This document shows positions 37,124-45,902 of a stretch of 64,000 nt of DNA, piece after piece. The notes beneath the pieces were generated by a model. It ran no database searches. It saw only the letters and a program-made list of their open reading frames with translations, and was not told the DNA's origin. Numbering within the stretch: the first letter of the stretch is position 1; every line of letters starts with the position of its first letter. The DNA comes from a virus: IMG/VR virus record IMGVR_UViG_3300027413_000002. One strand, written 5' to 3'. A program made the position numbers and the translations under genes.

Positions 37124-39375
37124 GCGATTTTTTCAATAAATTTACCTAAAAATTTGCGCGAGGTAGTCTTTTTCTTCTGGAACTTCTTGAATCCACGAAC
37201 CAGATCACCTTTCTTATCACCTTCTACCTCCAACTCAGACTCCTCTCCGAGGTCTTTAGAGCGAAGGATGAACGCTGTCGGGAAGCCATCCAGACCATCC
37301 ATTTGGATGTATCCATCACTCAACCACTCTGTCTTCCAAGACTTCTCGAAGGCTTCTCCAGCATTCCAACCGTGCATATTTGTGTGGTATTGCCTGATTT
37401 GGTTCTTGCCTGCGTCACTCAGGAAGTAGTTTACAGTGCGAGACCCAGTGGTCTTGTCATAGTGAGCAATCAGCGTCTTACAGACCACATCGTTGAACCG
37501 CGAACTGTACAAGCGATCCGAGTGATTGCTCATGGTTGTCATACCGTTCTCACGGATAGCCACGCGATCACTGCCATAGACATATGAGCGACTCGGAGAC
37601 GACTGATTCCCCATACCAAGATGTCCAGTATTACCGCCATCTGTCAAGAACAGAGTGTTCAGAACATCAATGCGGTTATTGTTGCGGAAGTCGATAGCGA
37701 TATCGCGCATCAATAGGATAGTAGAGTCCAGCGGTGTACCACCAAGACCAAGATGATTTGGTAGATCATACTGATTACAGTATGGCGCACCCGACTTGCG
37801 AGTCCTATAGTCAGAATATGCAGAGCCGACCATAAGCATCATCTGGTGTGCTTTCTTATACATCGTTGAAGACATACCAGAGTGAAGCAGACGATTGATG
37901 CTCAGGTCTGTATCGACCAACTGAAGATCGCCTTCCTTTTGATTGTCGATATGATGTCTAGCATTCGGATTACCGTAGTATCCACAAGTGAAAGAGTAGA
38001 CCTCAAACGGGATACCAACCTTGCGGCAGAAGGCAACTTGAAGTAGCATCTGCTCAATGGTGGCTTGCATCTTGTTGTACATAGAACCAGAGAAGTCAAT
38101 GACCATCAACATACCATGGTTCTTGCCATCAGGAGTAACAGTGCTGGACAGGAACACATCCTCAGTCAGCTTGGTTGCCCACAACTTGTTCATGTTCAAG
38201 TCACCAGTCTTGTGTTCACGAGACTTGGCAAGTTGGTTTGCTTTACGCTTGGCTTCGAACTGGGAGACCATAAGGTTCAGGAAGGGACGATTCTTCTTGT
38301 TAAAATTGTTTACAAGAGTCTTTCCGCACTCATCAAACCCAATCCGATCAGCATCATCAAACCAGCTATGCTTCATGGTATCTGTAGAATAGAATTTATT
38401 GATGTCACGAAGATGTTTCTCAACACCATCGAGAGCATTCATATTCACGAACTTTTTGTAGTCCAGCTTGGGGAAGTTTACCCACTGGATATCACCACGA
38501 GTATTCTGGTCGATCAACTTGCCTTCGTTGTTGCGGAAGTTTTGGTCAGTGACAGAGACTGGCTCATCAGCATAGTCATCTTCCATCGAGTCAAAGGATT
38601 GCTCATCATCTTCTACAGAGGATTCTGAGTCAGAAGAGTCAGACTCTTGCTCTTCATTAGACTCACCAGAGTCATCAGAGTCGTGGGTCTCACCCTCATC
38701 GCTCTCCTGATCATCTTGTGTCTCAGAGCCAGAAGTTTCAGAAGGTTCAAACCCATCTTCGTCTGACTCTTCATCTTGATCACCGTGGAAGGCATCAGAA
38801 AGATTCGTCTCTGTATCTTCTTCTTCTTTGGCATAGTCATACAATTCGTTGGAGACATCGACAACATCATCCCAAGTCTCACAGCGAGCAACACGGTCAA
38901 CAAAGACCTGCTCTTCAGAGGTAAACTCGACATTGGCGAACATACCAACTTTGTAGAACAGATTGATTCGATCGATCAGGGGATAATCATTGATGTTGTT
39001 ATCACCGAGACCGAAGAAGTCCATCTCAAACAACTCGCGATATCCTTTGAAGAAACTCTTGGTGAGTCCAGGAAAACGCTTCTTGATGTCACGCTCGATA
39101 CGGGCATCTTCAACAACATTAAGGAAGGACTTGAAGCCGCGACCCTTTGTCTCAATAGAATCGTGCCAACCCTCAAGTGGGGTATTCAGCGCATGGCTGA
39201 CTTCGTGACCGATGAAGAGATCATACAGCTCATTGCTGATGTCAGACTTCAAGATAGGAAGGACGACTTTGCGCTCTTTCAGGTCAAAATATGCGGTGGG
39301 GACTTTCTTATGCTCGAGAGTAATATTCTCAGTAGCGAGCAATTTAGCCAGTGTACTTTTACGTTCGATTTCCAT
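37120..39375 (-). CDS. CobT-like protein: HExxH metallopeptidase-like domain, acidic linker, vWA domain
   Basis: HEVSH...NVVEDARIE; DFSGSM MIDAS, GGTPL, LTDG. Confidence 0.85.
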   Translation of the reverse strand: MEIERKSTLAKLLATENITLEHKKVPTAYFDLKERKVVLPILKSDISNELYDLFIGHEVSHALNTPLEGWHDSIETKGRGFKSFLNVVEDARIERDIKKRFPGLTKSFFKGYRELFEMDFFGLGDNNINDYPLIDRINLFYKVGMFANVEFTSEEQVFVDRVARCETWDDVVDVSNELYDYAKEEEDTETNLSDAFHGDQDEESDEDGFEPSETSGSETQDDQESDEGETHDSDDSGESNEEQESDSSDSESSVEDDEQSFDSMEDDYADEPVSVTDQNFRNNEGKLIDQNTRGDIQWVNFPKLDYKKFVNMNALDGVEKHLRDINKFYSTDTMKHSWFDDADRIGFDECGKTLVNNFNKKNRPFLNLMVSQFEAKRKANQLAKSREHKTGDLNMNKLWATKLTEDVFLSSTVTPDGKNHGMLMVIDFSGSMYNKMQATIEQMLLQVAFCRKVGIPFEVYSFTCGYYGNPNARHHIDNQKEGDLQLVDTDLSINRLLHSGMSSTMYKKAHQMMLMVGSAYSDYRTRKSGAPYCNQYDLPNHLGLGGTPLDSTILLMRDIAIDFRNNNRIDVLNTLFLTDGGNTGHLGMGNQSSPSRSYVYGSDRVAIRENGMTTMSNHSDRLYSSRFNDVVCKTLIAHYDKTTGSRTVNYFLSDAGKNQIRQYHTNMHGWNAGEAFEKSWKTEWLSDGYIQMDGLDGFPTAFILRSKDLGEESELEVEGDKKGDLVRGFKKFQKKKTTSRKFLGKFIEKIA

Positions 39376-39399
39376 AACATCTCCTCAACTCTTACACCT

Positions 39400-39428
39400 A
39401 TTATCGTTCATATTGAGGTAAATGTCAA
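39400..39428 (-). promoter_or_regulatory. Sigma70-like early promoter
   Basis: gcTTGACA-17 nt-GATAAT, then SD GAGGAG. Confidence 0.8.
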
Positions 39429-39477
39429 GCGTTTTCTGCTATTTCATTGAAAAAAGATTTCCTGTAAAATCAACAAC

Positions 39478-39858
39478 TTACTCAAATTTGTCAAAATATC
39501 TTGTGAGAGCCTTGATTTTTTCGATCTGTTTGTCGATAATCACAGCCCGATTTGGCCATCTGATGATGTCTTTCTCGGGATTCTTCTTTAGATTCAGGAG
39601 GAGGGGGAGGATTAGGTCTTCAACGTCTCTTAGCTTTACCGCCACATCCTGCTCCACGAGAGCACGGTGTTCGTTAACAGCACCTGAGTTATCGGATGAA
39701 AGGATACGAGCATCAAGCTGCTCGAGTTTATCCATAATGGCGTCAATCTGGTCAGAAGGGATCTCAGCCTGAACAGGTTGTTGTGTGGCGGTCGACACTT
39801 CTAGGTCGTCCTCGTCCACCATTGTGAACCCAAAATCATAATCGTCAGACATATTCAT
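39478..39858 (-). CDS. Conserved T4-like hypothetical protein
   Basis: DFGFT...ILPLLLNLKKNPEKDII.WPNR; late promoter at 39874 plus SD. Confidence 0.65.
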   Translation of the reverse strand: MNMSDDYDFGFTMVDEDDLEVSTATQQPVQAEIPSDQIDAIMDKLEQLDARILSSDNSGAVNEHRALVEQDVAVKLRDVEDLILPLLLNLKKNPEKDIIRWPNRAVIIDKQIEKIKALTRYFDKFE

Positions 39859-39881
39859 TGCTCCTCTTCTTTCTATTTATA

Positions 39882-40076
39882 TCAGGTGTTGTCGCCATCT
39901 GAATATTTCACTTTACTTTTATCATACAACTTGATGTGCTTACGGAGACGTTTGTTATATCCACGTTTGATTTTCTTCGCCACACCTGATCTTGAGAGGT
40001 AGCAATAGAACCGTTTCGCGTCAGTCAGAGCGTCATACTCTGCACCGCCTTTCATTTTTATTCTTAACTTCTTCAT
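39882..40076 (-). CDS. Small basic hypothetical protein
   Basis: MKGGAEYDALT...KIKRGYNKR; ATGA coupling. Confidence 0.55.
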   Translation of the reverse strand: MKKLRIKMKGGAEYDALTDAKRFYCYLSRSGVAKKIKRGYNKRLRKHIKLYDKSKVKYSDGDNT

Positions 40077-40588
40077 ACAAGTGACCTTGCCTTTTTCCGA
40101 ATGTTCTTAACTGTCTTCTTCTTGATTGATTTTATCGCACGATCAAGTTTCAGCTTCGAAGCACGCTGAGTAAAATTCTGTCCAATCATATGGTCGTATT
40201 CGTGTAGGACAACTCTTGCCGCGAGATCTACAAATTCCTCAACGACATCTTCACCTTCTGTATTCTGATACTTCAATGTAACTCGAGTCGGACGACGAAT
40301 CATAAGGAATACTTCTGGTAATGATAAACAACCTTCCTTCACTAAATCAGTCTCCTCACCAACACCCATAATAACTGGGTTGATGATGTATCTTGTAATG
40401 TCCTTGCCATCACCAAACACAAATACTTTCGCGTCTAGACCAACTTGGTTTGCTGAAAGACCAATGCCTCCCAATTCCTGTTGCTTCTTAAACAACGCAT
40501 CACAAAACTCTTTAGCATCATGCTCTTCAAAGTCAAACTCTTTTGGCTCGCGCTTCAAGAGTTCATTACCAAAATCTATTAATTCCAT
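40073..40588 (-). CDS. def: Peptide deformylase
   Basis: GIGLSANQVG, EGCLS, HEYDH. Confidence 0.95.
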   Translation of the reverse strand: MELIDFGNELLKREPKEFDFEEHDAKEFCDALFKKQQELGGIGLSANQVGLDAKVFVFGDGKDITRYIINPVIMGVGEETDLVKEGCLSLPEVFLMIRRPTRVTLKYQNTEGEDVVEEFVDLAARVVLHEYDHMIGQNFTQRASKLKLDRAIKSIKKKTVKNIRKKARSLV

Positions 40589-42258
40589 TATACCATCACC
40601 GAATAGTTTTTTCTTTTCTCGAATTTTATCACGGATCTAAACTTATCAAACAACTGATCACCTTTGTGGCTGATCACGAATACGTTTGTGTCGTCTCCAA
40701 TTGTATTTAGTAGAGTCATAACGTAATCCGTTCCGTTATTATCCAACGAACTATCAAACACCTCATCGAGAATCAAAAGGTTGGTGCTTGCGCTGTTCTT
40801 CATCTTGGCTATAGTTCTCCAAGTAAACAACAGTGCCAAGTCGATACGTTGTTTCTCGCCCTCGCTGAACGAGGCATATGAGAACTTGTCGCGACCACGA
40901 GACTTAATCGTCTCATTAAACTTCTCATCTAAATTAAAGTTCACAAAGAAGTCCATTGCTGCAAGATACTTATTTGCCAATGTATTAATAGCAGGAAGAT
41001 ACTGCTTGATGATTCTGGTCTTGATGCCAGTATCTTTCAGCAGTGCCGCCACAGCTTGCATATAATGCATCTGCTCATTCTTCTCTGAGCGTACACCATT
41101 TGCGGCAGTTACTTCTTTTGCGAGTTCTTTGAGTTTACTCTGCTCGGACTCGATATCAGCCACTCTGCTTCTTGCATCGCCCAACTCCGCATGTAAGCGT
41201 TGAAGATATTTTTGATTAGTTGTAATCTCATTGTTCGCCTCAATTATTTCAGACTGTAGATCTTGGTATTCAGTTATCAGACGATCCACTCGTTCGAATT
41301 CGTCTTGCATTTCTGAGGACGCTGTTTCGAGTTCTTTAATTTTGCCCACTCTCTCACTTTGTATTTCTTCTTTATGCTCGTGGGGAATACCCTGCTTACA
41401 GGTTGGACAGTCGTCGTGCTTTTCATAGAATTCTAATTCTTTGTTTATTTTTCTGACTTGGGAGATAAACTTTTCGTTGATGGCTTCGAGTCTTCTTCTT
41501 TTTGTGGGCGGGTCGCCCAGATTCTTCGCCTGCTCTGACTTAACTGCTGTGTCCGCTTTAATGTCCTCGATCTTGCCGTCCAACTCATTTATCTCTCCTT
41601 CGATTTCGCTGATTTTGTCAGCCTTATTATTTTCTAGAGTTTCGATGTATCGTTTCTGGATAGTGGCTTTTTGTTTTGCAACCTCTACCTTTGATTCGAT
41701 ATCTCTAATCTCTCCTTGGATACCTGTCAGCTGTTGTTTCAACAGCCCATTCATAGTCGTGAAGATCTGGATATCAAGGATATCTTCGATCACCTCGCGC
41801 CTAATATGTGCAGGGAGTTGCATAAATGGTGTGAACGAAGCACTCCCCAAAATAACAATCTGTGTAAACGACTTGTAGTTCAAATTCAGAATAGATTCTT
41901 CAAGATACTTTTGTGTATCCTTCAGAGCAGCATCCTGATCAATCATCGTGCCATCGCGGTGAACCTCGAAGAAGTTTGGTTTGACACCGCGCATAACTTT
42001 ATACTGCGACTTCCCAACACGGAACTCGACTTCAACCAGCAACCCCTTTTGATTGATAGAGTTTACCAACTGCGGTTTATTTATATTTCTGAATGGTTTG
42101 TTAAACAATCCAAAGCATAAAGCATCAAGGAAGGTAGACTTACCTGCACCATTATCACCCACAATAAGAGTGCTAGGAGAGCGAGTGAAGTTTACTTCAG
42201 TGAAGGCATTACCAGTCGACAGAAAATTCTTCCAGCGGAGTTTTTCAAAATAAATCAT
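40588..42258 (-). CDS. gp46: SbcC/Rad50-like recombination ATPase (T4 gp46)
   Basis: GDNGAGKST, CPTC hook, FSEGE, LDEVFD, ISH. Confidence 0.96.
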   Translation of the reverse strand: MIYFEKLRWKNFLSTGNAFTEVNFTRSPSTLIVGDNGAGKSTFLDALCFGLFNKPFRNINKPQLVNSINQKGLLVEVEFRVGKSQYKVMRGVKPNFFEVHRDGTMIDQDAALKDTQKYLEESILNLNYKSFTQIVILGSASFTPFMQLPAHIRREVIEDILDIQIFTTMNGLLKQQLTGIQGEIRDIESKVEVAKQKATIQKRYIETLENNKADKISEIEGEINELDGKIEDIKADTAVKSEQAKNLGDPPTKRRRLEAINEKFISQVRKINKELEFYEKHDDCPTCKQGIPHEHKEEIQSERVGKIKELETASSEMQDEFERVDRLITEYQDLQSEIIEANNEITTNQKYLQRLHAELGDARSRVADIESEQSKLKELAKEVTAANGVRSEKNEQMHYMQAVAALLKDTGIKTRIIKQYLPAINTLANKYLAAMDFFVNFNLDEKFNETIKSRGRDKFSYASFSEGEKQRIDLALLFTWRTIAKMKNSASTNLLILDEVFDSSLDNNGTDYVMTLLNTIGDDTNVFVISHKGDQLFDKFRSVIKFEKRKNYSVMV

Positions 42259-43319
42259 TATAAATTTTTTGCTTCAACATATAGACCCTTAACTACGTCC
42301 TTGAGTTTCTTGCGGTCTAAGTCAGTGTGGATGTTGTCGATATAATCATCGAGCAACGTGATAGTATCTTCAAGATTGAGATTGTCAGCATCAATAGCGT
42401 CATCCTCGAACTCCGAGAAGTCTTCAATGATTTTCATCTCAATCAAATCGCAAGATTCGAGTTTATCTATAAAGGTATCAAATGCAGAAAAATCGCTCTT
42501 GTTTACAACAACTACTTTTACCGAGCCACCAATAACGCTATCATAATCAACAGCGTCGAGACTTGATCGAGAATCATCGTCTGCGTCATTGTAATAGAAT
42601 TTATGGAAGATGTTAAATGGGTTTTGAATAAACTCAAGTTCGTTTGTTCCTGTATCATAGATATGAAATCCTCTAGGGTCGTCATAATCGCTCCAAGTAA
42701 TTTCATAAGGATTACCAAGATAAGTGATGTTACCATTACTGCTGCGGTGATGGAAATGACCAGAGCAGACAAGATCGAATTTATTAAATACTGCTGGATC
42801 CATGCCATGGTCATTCGCGTGACCTTTATACATCTGGAAACCAGAGAGTTCATAATGTCCGAAGCATACTTTAGCGTCTGTTTCATCTATTGCCTCCATC
42901 GTTTGCTTATAATTGTCAGAACAAATCCAAGGAGTGAATAGAATATCTCTGTTGTCAAAAGATAACTTTGTTACCTCTGGGTATATGGTGATGTTGTCAT
43001 AGTCCTTCAATAACAACTCAGGGGAGTTTACCTCGTTGGTGTTCTTAAAGTAAGTGTCATGATTTCCAGGAATCATATGCATATCAATGCCAAGATCTCT
43101 GCACTTGTCAAAGAAATACTCTCGGCATTTTTTATATGTATTGAAGTTAATAAACTTGCGACGATCAAAAATATCGCCCAAGTGAATGATGGTCTTTATC
43201 TGCCGCTCTTCCAATTCAGGAAAAAACTTCTCTGTATAAAATTTCTCAAAGAAAGTGTCAAATGGAATAGAGTCAGACCGCGCACCGAAGTGCGTGTCAG
43301 TAATCAACGCAATTTTCAT
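42258..43319 (-). CDS. gp47: SbcD/Mre11-like nuclease (T4 gp47)
   Basis: DTHFG, GDIFD, GNHD, GHFH. Confidence 0.96.
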   Translation of the reverse strand: MKIALITDTHFGARSDSIPFDTFFEKFYTEKFFPELEERQIKTIIHLGDIFDRRKFINFNTYKKCREYFFDKCRDLGIDMHMIPGNHDTYFKNTNEVNSPELLLKDYDNITIYPEVTKLSFDNRDILFTPWICSDNYKQTMEAIDETDAKVCFGHYELSGFQMYKGHANDHGMDPAVFNKFDLVCSGHFHHRSSNGNITYLGNPYEITWSDYDDPRGFHIYDTGTNELEFIQNPFNIFHKFYYNDADDDSRSSLDAVDYDSVIGGSVKVVVVNKSDFSAFDTFIDKLESCDLIEMKIIEDFSEFEDDAIDADNLNLEDTITLLDDYIDNIHTDLDRKKLKDVVKGLYVEAKNL

Positions 43320-43326
43320 AAGTTAC

Positions 43327-43869
43327 CTATGTTGCAAAATACCAGCTTGGTGTTTCACGTTTCGTCCACACAGCCATCTTTGCTTTGGCGATGCGATAGT
43401 ATTCACGATATGCTTCAATGGAGTCAGACTGTTTGAATTCGTCTGGCATTGCTTGGGGCATCTTGGTCATTGGACCATCTTTGATACCCATTGGTGCATT
43501 CTTTAAGATATGTTCTAACTTCTGTTGAGTCAGATGCACTCTACCATAGCGGTGTGTGTATTCCTTACAAAGTTCTTCCCACAAAGAATACAACCACATA
43601 TAGTTACTGAATGACTCCCTCGCCCAGATACCAGAGGGGTGATTGATGTGTGATGCTTTGTAGAGAATTTGATCTTGCTCTGAGTTGGGATGCTCCCAGC
43701 GAGCGATGCGTCGACCAGCGGCAGTCTTGTCATACCACTGAGTGCCATCGATGACACGGTGTGCTGTCGACATAAGTTGAGCATACTCGATAATCATTTT
43801 GACGACGTGTTTGTCGAGGTGTTGTTTAGCGGCAGTTTCGTAGTTCTCATCTAAGTAAAATATATTCAT
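43327..43869 (-). CDS. Pyrimidine-dimer DNA glycosylase-like protein (DenV family)
   Basis: MNIFYLD...DKHVVKMIIEYAQL, HINHP, EYTHRYG. Confidence 0.75.
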   Translation of the reverse strand: MNIFYLDENYETAAKQHLDKHVVKMIIEYAQLMSTAHRVIDGTQWYDKTAAGRRIARWEHPNSEQDQILYKASHINHPSGIWARESFSNYMWLYSLWEELCKEYTHRYGRVHLTQQKLEHILKNAPMGIKDGPMTKMPQAMPDEFKQSDSIEAYREYYRIAKAKMAVWTKRETPSWYFAT

Positions 43870-44057
43870 CTCATCCTCCTGAATACTTTAGTCCAATGAT
43901 TATGCATCACTTTGCGTGCTAAGTCAAGATCTTTTTTTACTTCTGGATATGCAACAATACCGTTGTTGTAGTCTCGCTCATACGTCTCAATTATACGACG
44001 AGCGTCCGTCAAGGGCATCTTTAATTCTTCTTCGGGCATCTCTGTCTCCGAGTTCAT
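43866..44057 (-). CDS. Small hypothetical protein (start uncertain)
   Basis: ATGA coupling downstream; early promoter upstream. Confidence 0.4.
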   Translation of the reverse strand: MNSETEMPEEELKMPLTDARRIIETYERDYNNGIVAYPEVKKDLDLARKVMHNHWTKVFRRMR

Positions 44058-44202
44058 ATGCTTGTAAGAGTAAATTATACAACTCTTCAGCTGAAAAGTC
44101 AAGCACATTTTTGCGTTCAGCCTTGCCGCGCATATCTCGAATATATGCTATGAGATCGTCTTTACCAGTGCGATATTCGATGTCTTCAATATTTCTTATC
44201 AT
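43987..44202 (-). CDS. Small hypothetical protein
   Basis: ATGA overlap with the exonuclease; partly overlaps the next ORF. Confidence 0.45.
   Translation of the reverse strand: MIRNIEDIEYRTGKDDLIAYIRDMRGKAERKNVLDFSAEELYNLLLQAYELGDRDARRRIKDALDGRSSYN
44074..44102 (-). promoter_or_regulatory. Sigma70-like early promoter (intragenic)
   Basis: gcTTGACT-17 nt-TATAAT. Confidence 0.75.
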
Positions 44203-44750
44203 GTCCGTAAAATCTTTACCAGAGTGTTGGTTTGGCTGATAGCATCATCCAGAGCATTATGATGTGTATCGTCTTCAGTTGCTCGGATCTTTGCGTTGCT
44301 GACTCCGACCAGATTAGTCGCAGTTTTGAAACAATGGATATGCCAGTATTTCCAAGGTGGTTTCTCGTGTCCAATAGAGTACATGGCAGACTCTAGGATT
44401 TGCACATCAAACCCTGCGCTGTTACCCCAGATAGGGATAGACTTATCGCCATACCAATCACGGAACTCATTGATGGCTTTCTCAAACGGCATTGTGTCGA
44501 CCATAAGTTGTTTCAGAGCATGCTTATTCTGCTTGCTCCACCATTCAATTGTACCTTTATCAATATGTCGATCGTACTTCTTTGCTGTCGAAGCATCGAT
44601 GTTTTGATAATAGGTATCAATAACACCTGTCTCGATATTGAATTTGGTCGCTCCAATAGATAGGATAGCTGCATTACCTCTCGTGCTGAGAGTTTCGATA
44701 TCAACCATCACCTGATATTGTTTTGGATCCATGAAAAGTTGTGCGCTCAT
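44199..44750 (-). CDS. DEDDh 3'-5' exonuclease (DexA-like)
   Basis: VDIETL, WGNSAGFD, HNALDDA. Confidence 0.85.
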   Translation of the reverse strand: MSAQLFMDPKQYQVMVDIETLSTRGNAAILSIGATKFNIETGVIDTYYQNIDASTAKKYDRHIDKGTIEWWSKQNKHALKQLMVDTMPFEKAINEFRDWYGDKSIPIWGNSAGFDVQILESAMYSIGHEKPPWKYWHIHCFKTATNLVGVSNAKIRATEDDTHHNALDDAISQTNTLVKILRT

Positions 44751-45367
44751 TAGTCTTTTGTTTCCTTGTCCATATCTTGCATTACTTCAAGTTTCTCTTT
44801 GGCAAGTTTCAATGCTTCTTTGTCATCGAGGTATTTTGGTCTGCGCTTCTTCAATCCAGCTTTCTGATCAGCATGTTTCTCTTCTAGTTGTGCTGCTTCG
44901 TCAACTGCTTTTCGGATATACTCTAAATACTCGGTGTTTCCGTCATTGCCATCAGTATCAGACATCATCAATTCTTGCATATCTAGACTACCGATAAACT
45001 TCTTCTTCGTATCCATCTGTTTCTTTTCTTTCTGAATACGACGAATGAATGCATAATAAGTAATCTGTGTGAAATATGCAAACGGATTTTTTGATTTCTC
45101 TGGATCGAAGTTATCAATATATGTGATACAGTTTTCGATACCGTCGAGAATCATCTCATCGCGGAATGTATAGTTTACAAAGTTGGATTTATATGCGAGG
45201 TGGTTGCCGATCTTCACCATACATTCACCGAGATATTCGGTTACTCGAGGTTTTTGCTCACCAGCAGCTTTTGCAGCTTGCACTCGCTCCCTGTATGCGG
45301 TAATCGCAACAAGGAATTCTTTGTTGTCAACATAGTGTCGACTATTGGGATCTCTTCTTTTAGCCAT
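44750..45367 (-). CDS. gp55: Late transcription sigma factor (T4 gp55)
   Basis: HYVDNKEF, NFVNYT, NPFAYFTQI, RIQKEK. Confidence 0.95.
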   Translation of the reverse strand: MAKRRDPNSRHYVDNKEFLVAITAYRERVQAAKAAGEQKPRVTEYLGECMVKIGNHLAYKSNFVNYTFRDEMILDGIENCITYIDNFDPEKSKNPFAYFTQITYYAFIRRIQKEKKQMDTKKKFIGSLDMQELMMSDTDGNDGNTEYLEYIRKAVDEAAQLEEKHADQKAGLKKRRPKYLDDKEALKLAKEKLEVMQDMDKETKD

Positions 45368-45376
45368 AATATCACC

Positions 45377-45405
45377 ATTCTACATTATTAATACAAAAAT
45401 GTCAA
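45377..45405 (-). promoter_or_regulatory. Sigma70-like promoter (gp55)
   Basis: gcTTGACA-17 nt-TAGAAT. Confidence 0.75.
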
Positions 45406-45440
45406 GCATAGTTTTATTTTAATTTTAATCAAAGTAATGC

Positions 45441-45469
45441 TTGACTATTACTAAGATCGTTGGTATAAT
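45441..45469 (+). promoter_or_regulatory. Sigma70-like promoter facing antisense
   Basis: gcTTGACT-17 nt-TATAAT with extended -10 TG, back-to-back with the gp55 promoter. Confidence 0.7.
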
Positions 45470-45497
45470 CAGCATGTCGCTGTTTGAAAGAGAAGTA

Positions 45498-45902
45498 TTA
45501 ATTAATCTTATTATTGTTCTTAGCTTCTATGTAATCAAGCAGGTCATCTGGACTCAGGGCATCAGCCATAGAGTTTGTTGTGGCTCTTTGCTGTTTGTCT
45601 TCAAAGAATATCTTTTTGACACATTGTTCGTATCCAGTAATGTGCGACTCTATCAGTTTAGCGACAACGACGATTGAGGAGGTCGACACTGTGAACGCAA
45701 CGTCATCTGACAGACCCATCCACCCCTTCAACATATACGACTCACTTAGATAATCTTCATCTTCGTCTACACCGCCAGAGTATATCTCAATCGGATACAT
45801 CAAATTAACAAATGGAGTTGAGAGGTCATACTCTTTCTCGAGACATGCAACTATCTGAGATCCATCTGCAAACCGTATTACTCGTATCTTATCAAAACTC
45901 AT
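45498..45902 (-). CDS. Conserved T4-like hypothetical protein
   Basis: IRFADGSQIVA Sm-like start; usual position between uvsW and gp55. Confidence 0.6.
   Translation of the reverse strand: MSFDKIRVIRFADGSQIVACLEKEYDLSTPFVNLMYPIEIYSGGVDEDEDYLSESYMLKGWMGLSDDVAFTVSTSSIVVVAKLIESHITGYEQCVKKIFFEDKQQRATTNSMADALSPDDLLDYIEAKNNNKIN

Noticed and set aside
36086-39450. Several 100-220 aa plus-strand ORFs over cobS/cobT
   Set aside because: Shadow frames of well-supported minus-strand genes
45441-45677. 78-aa plus-strand ORF downstream of the antisense promoter
   Set aside because: Starts inside the -35 box; the internal ATG is only 4 nt after -10; overlaps a conserved gene on the opposite strand
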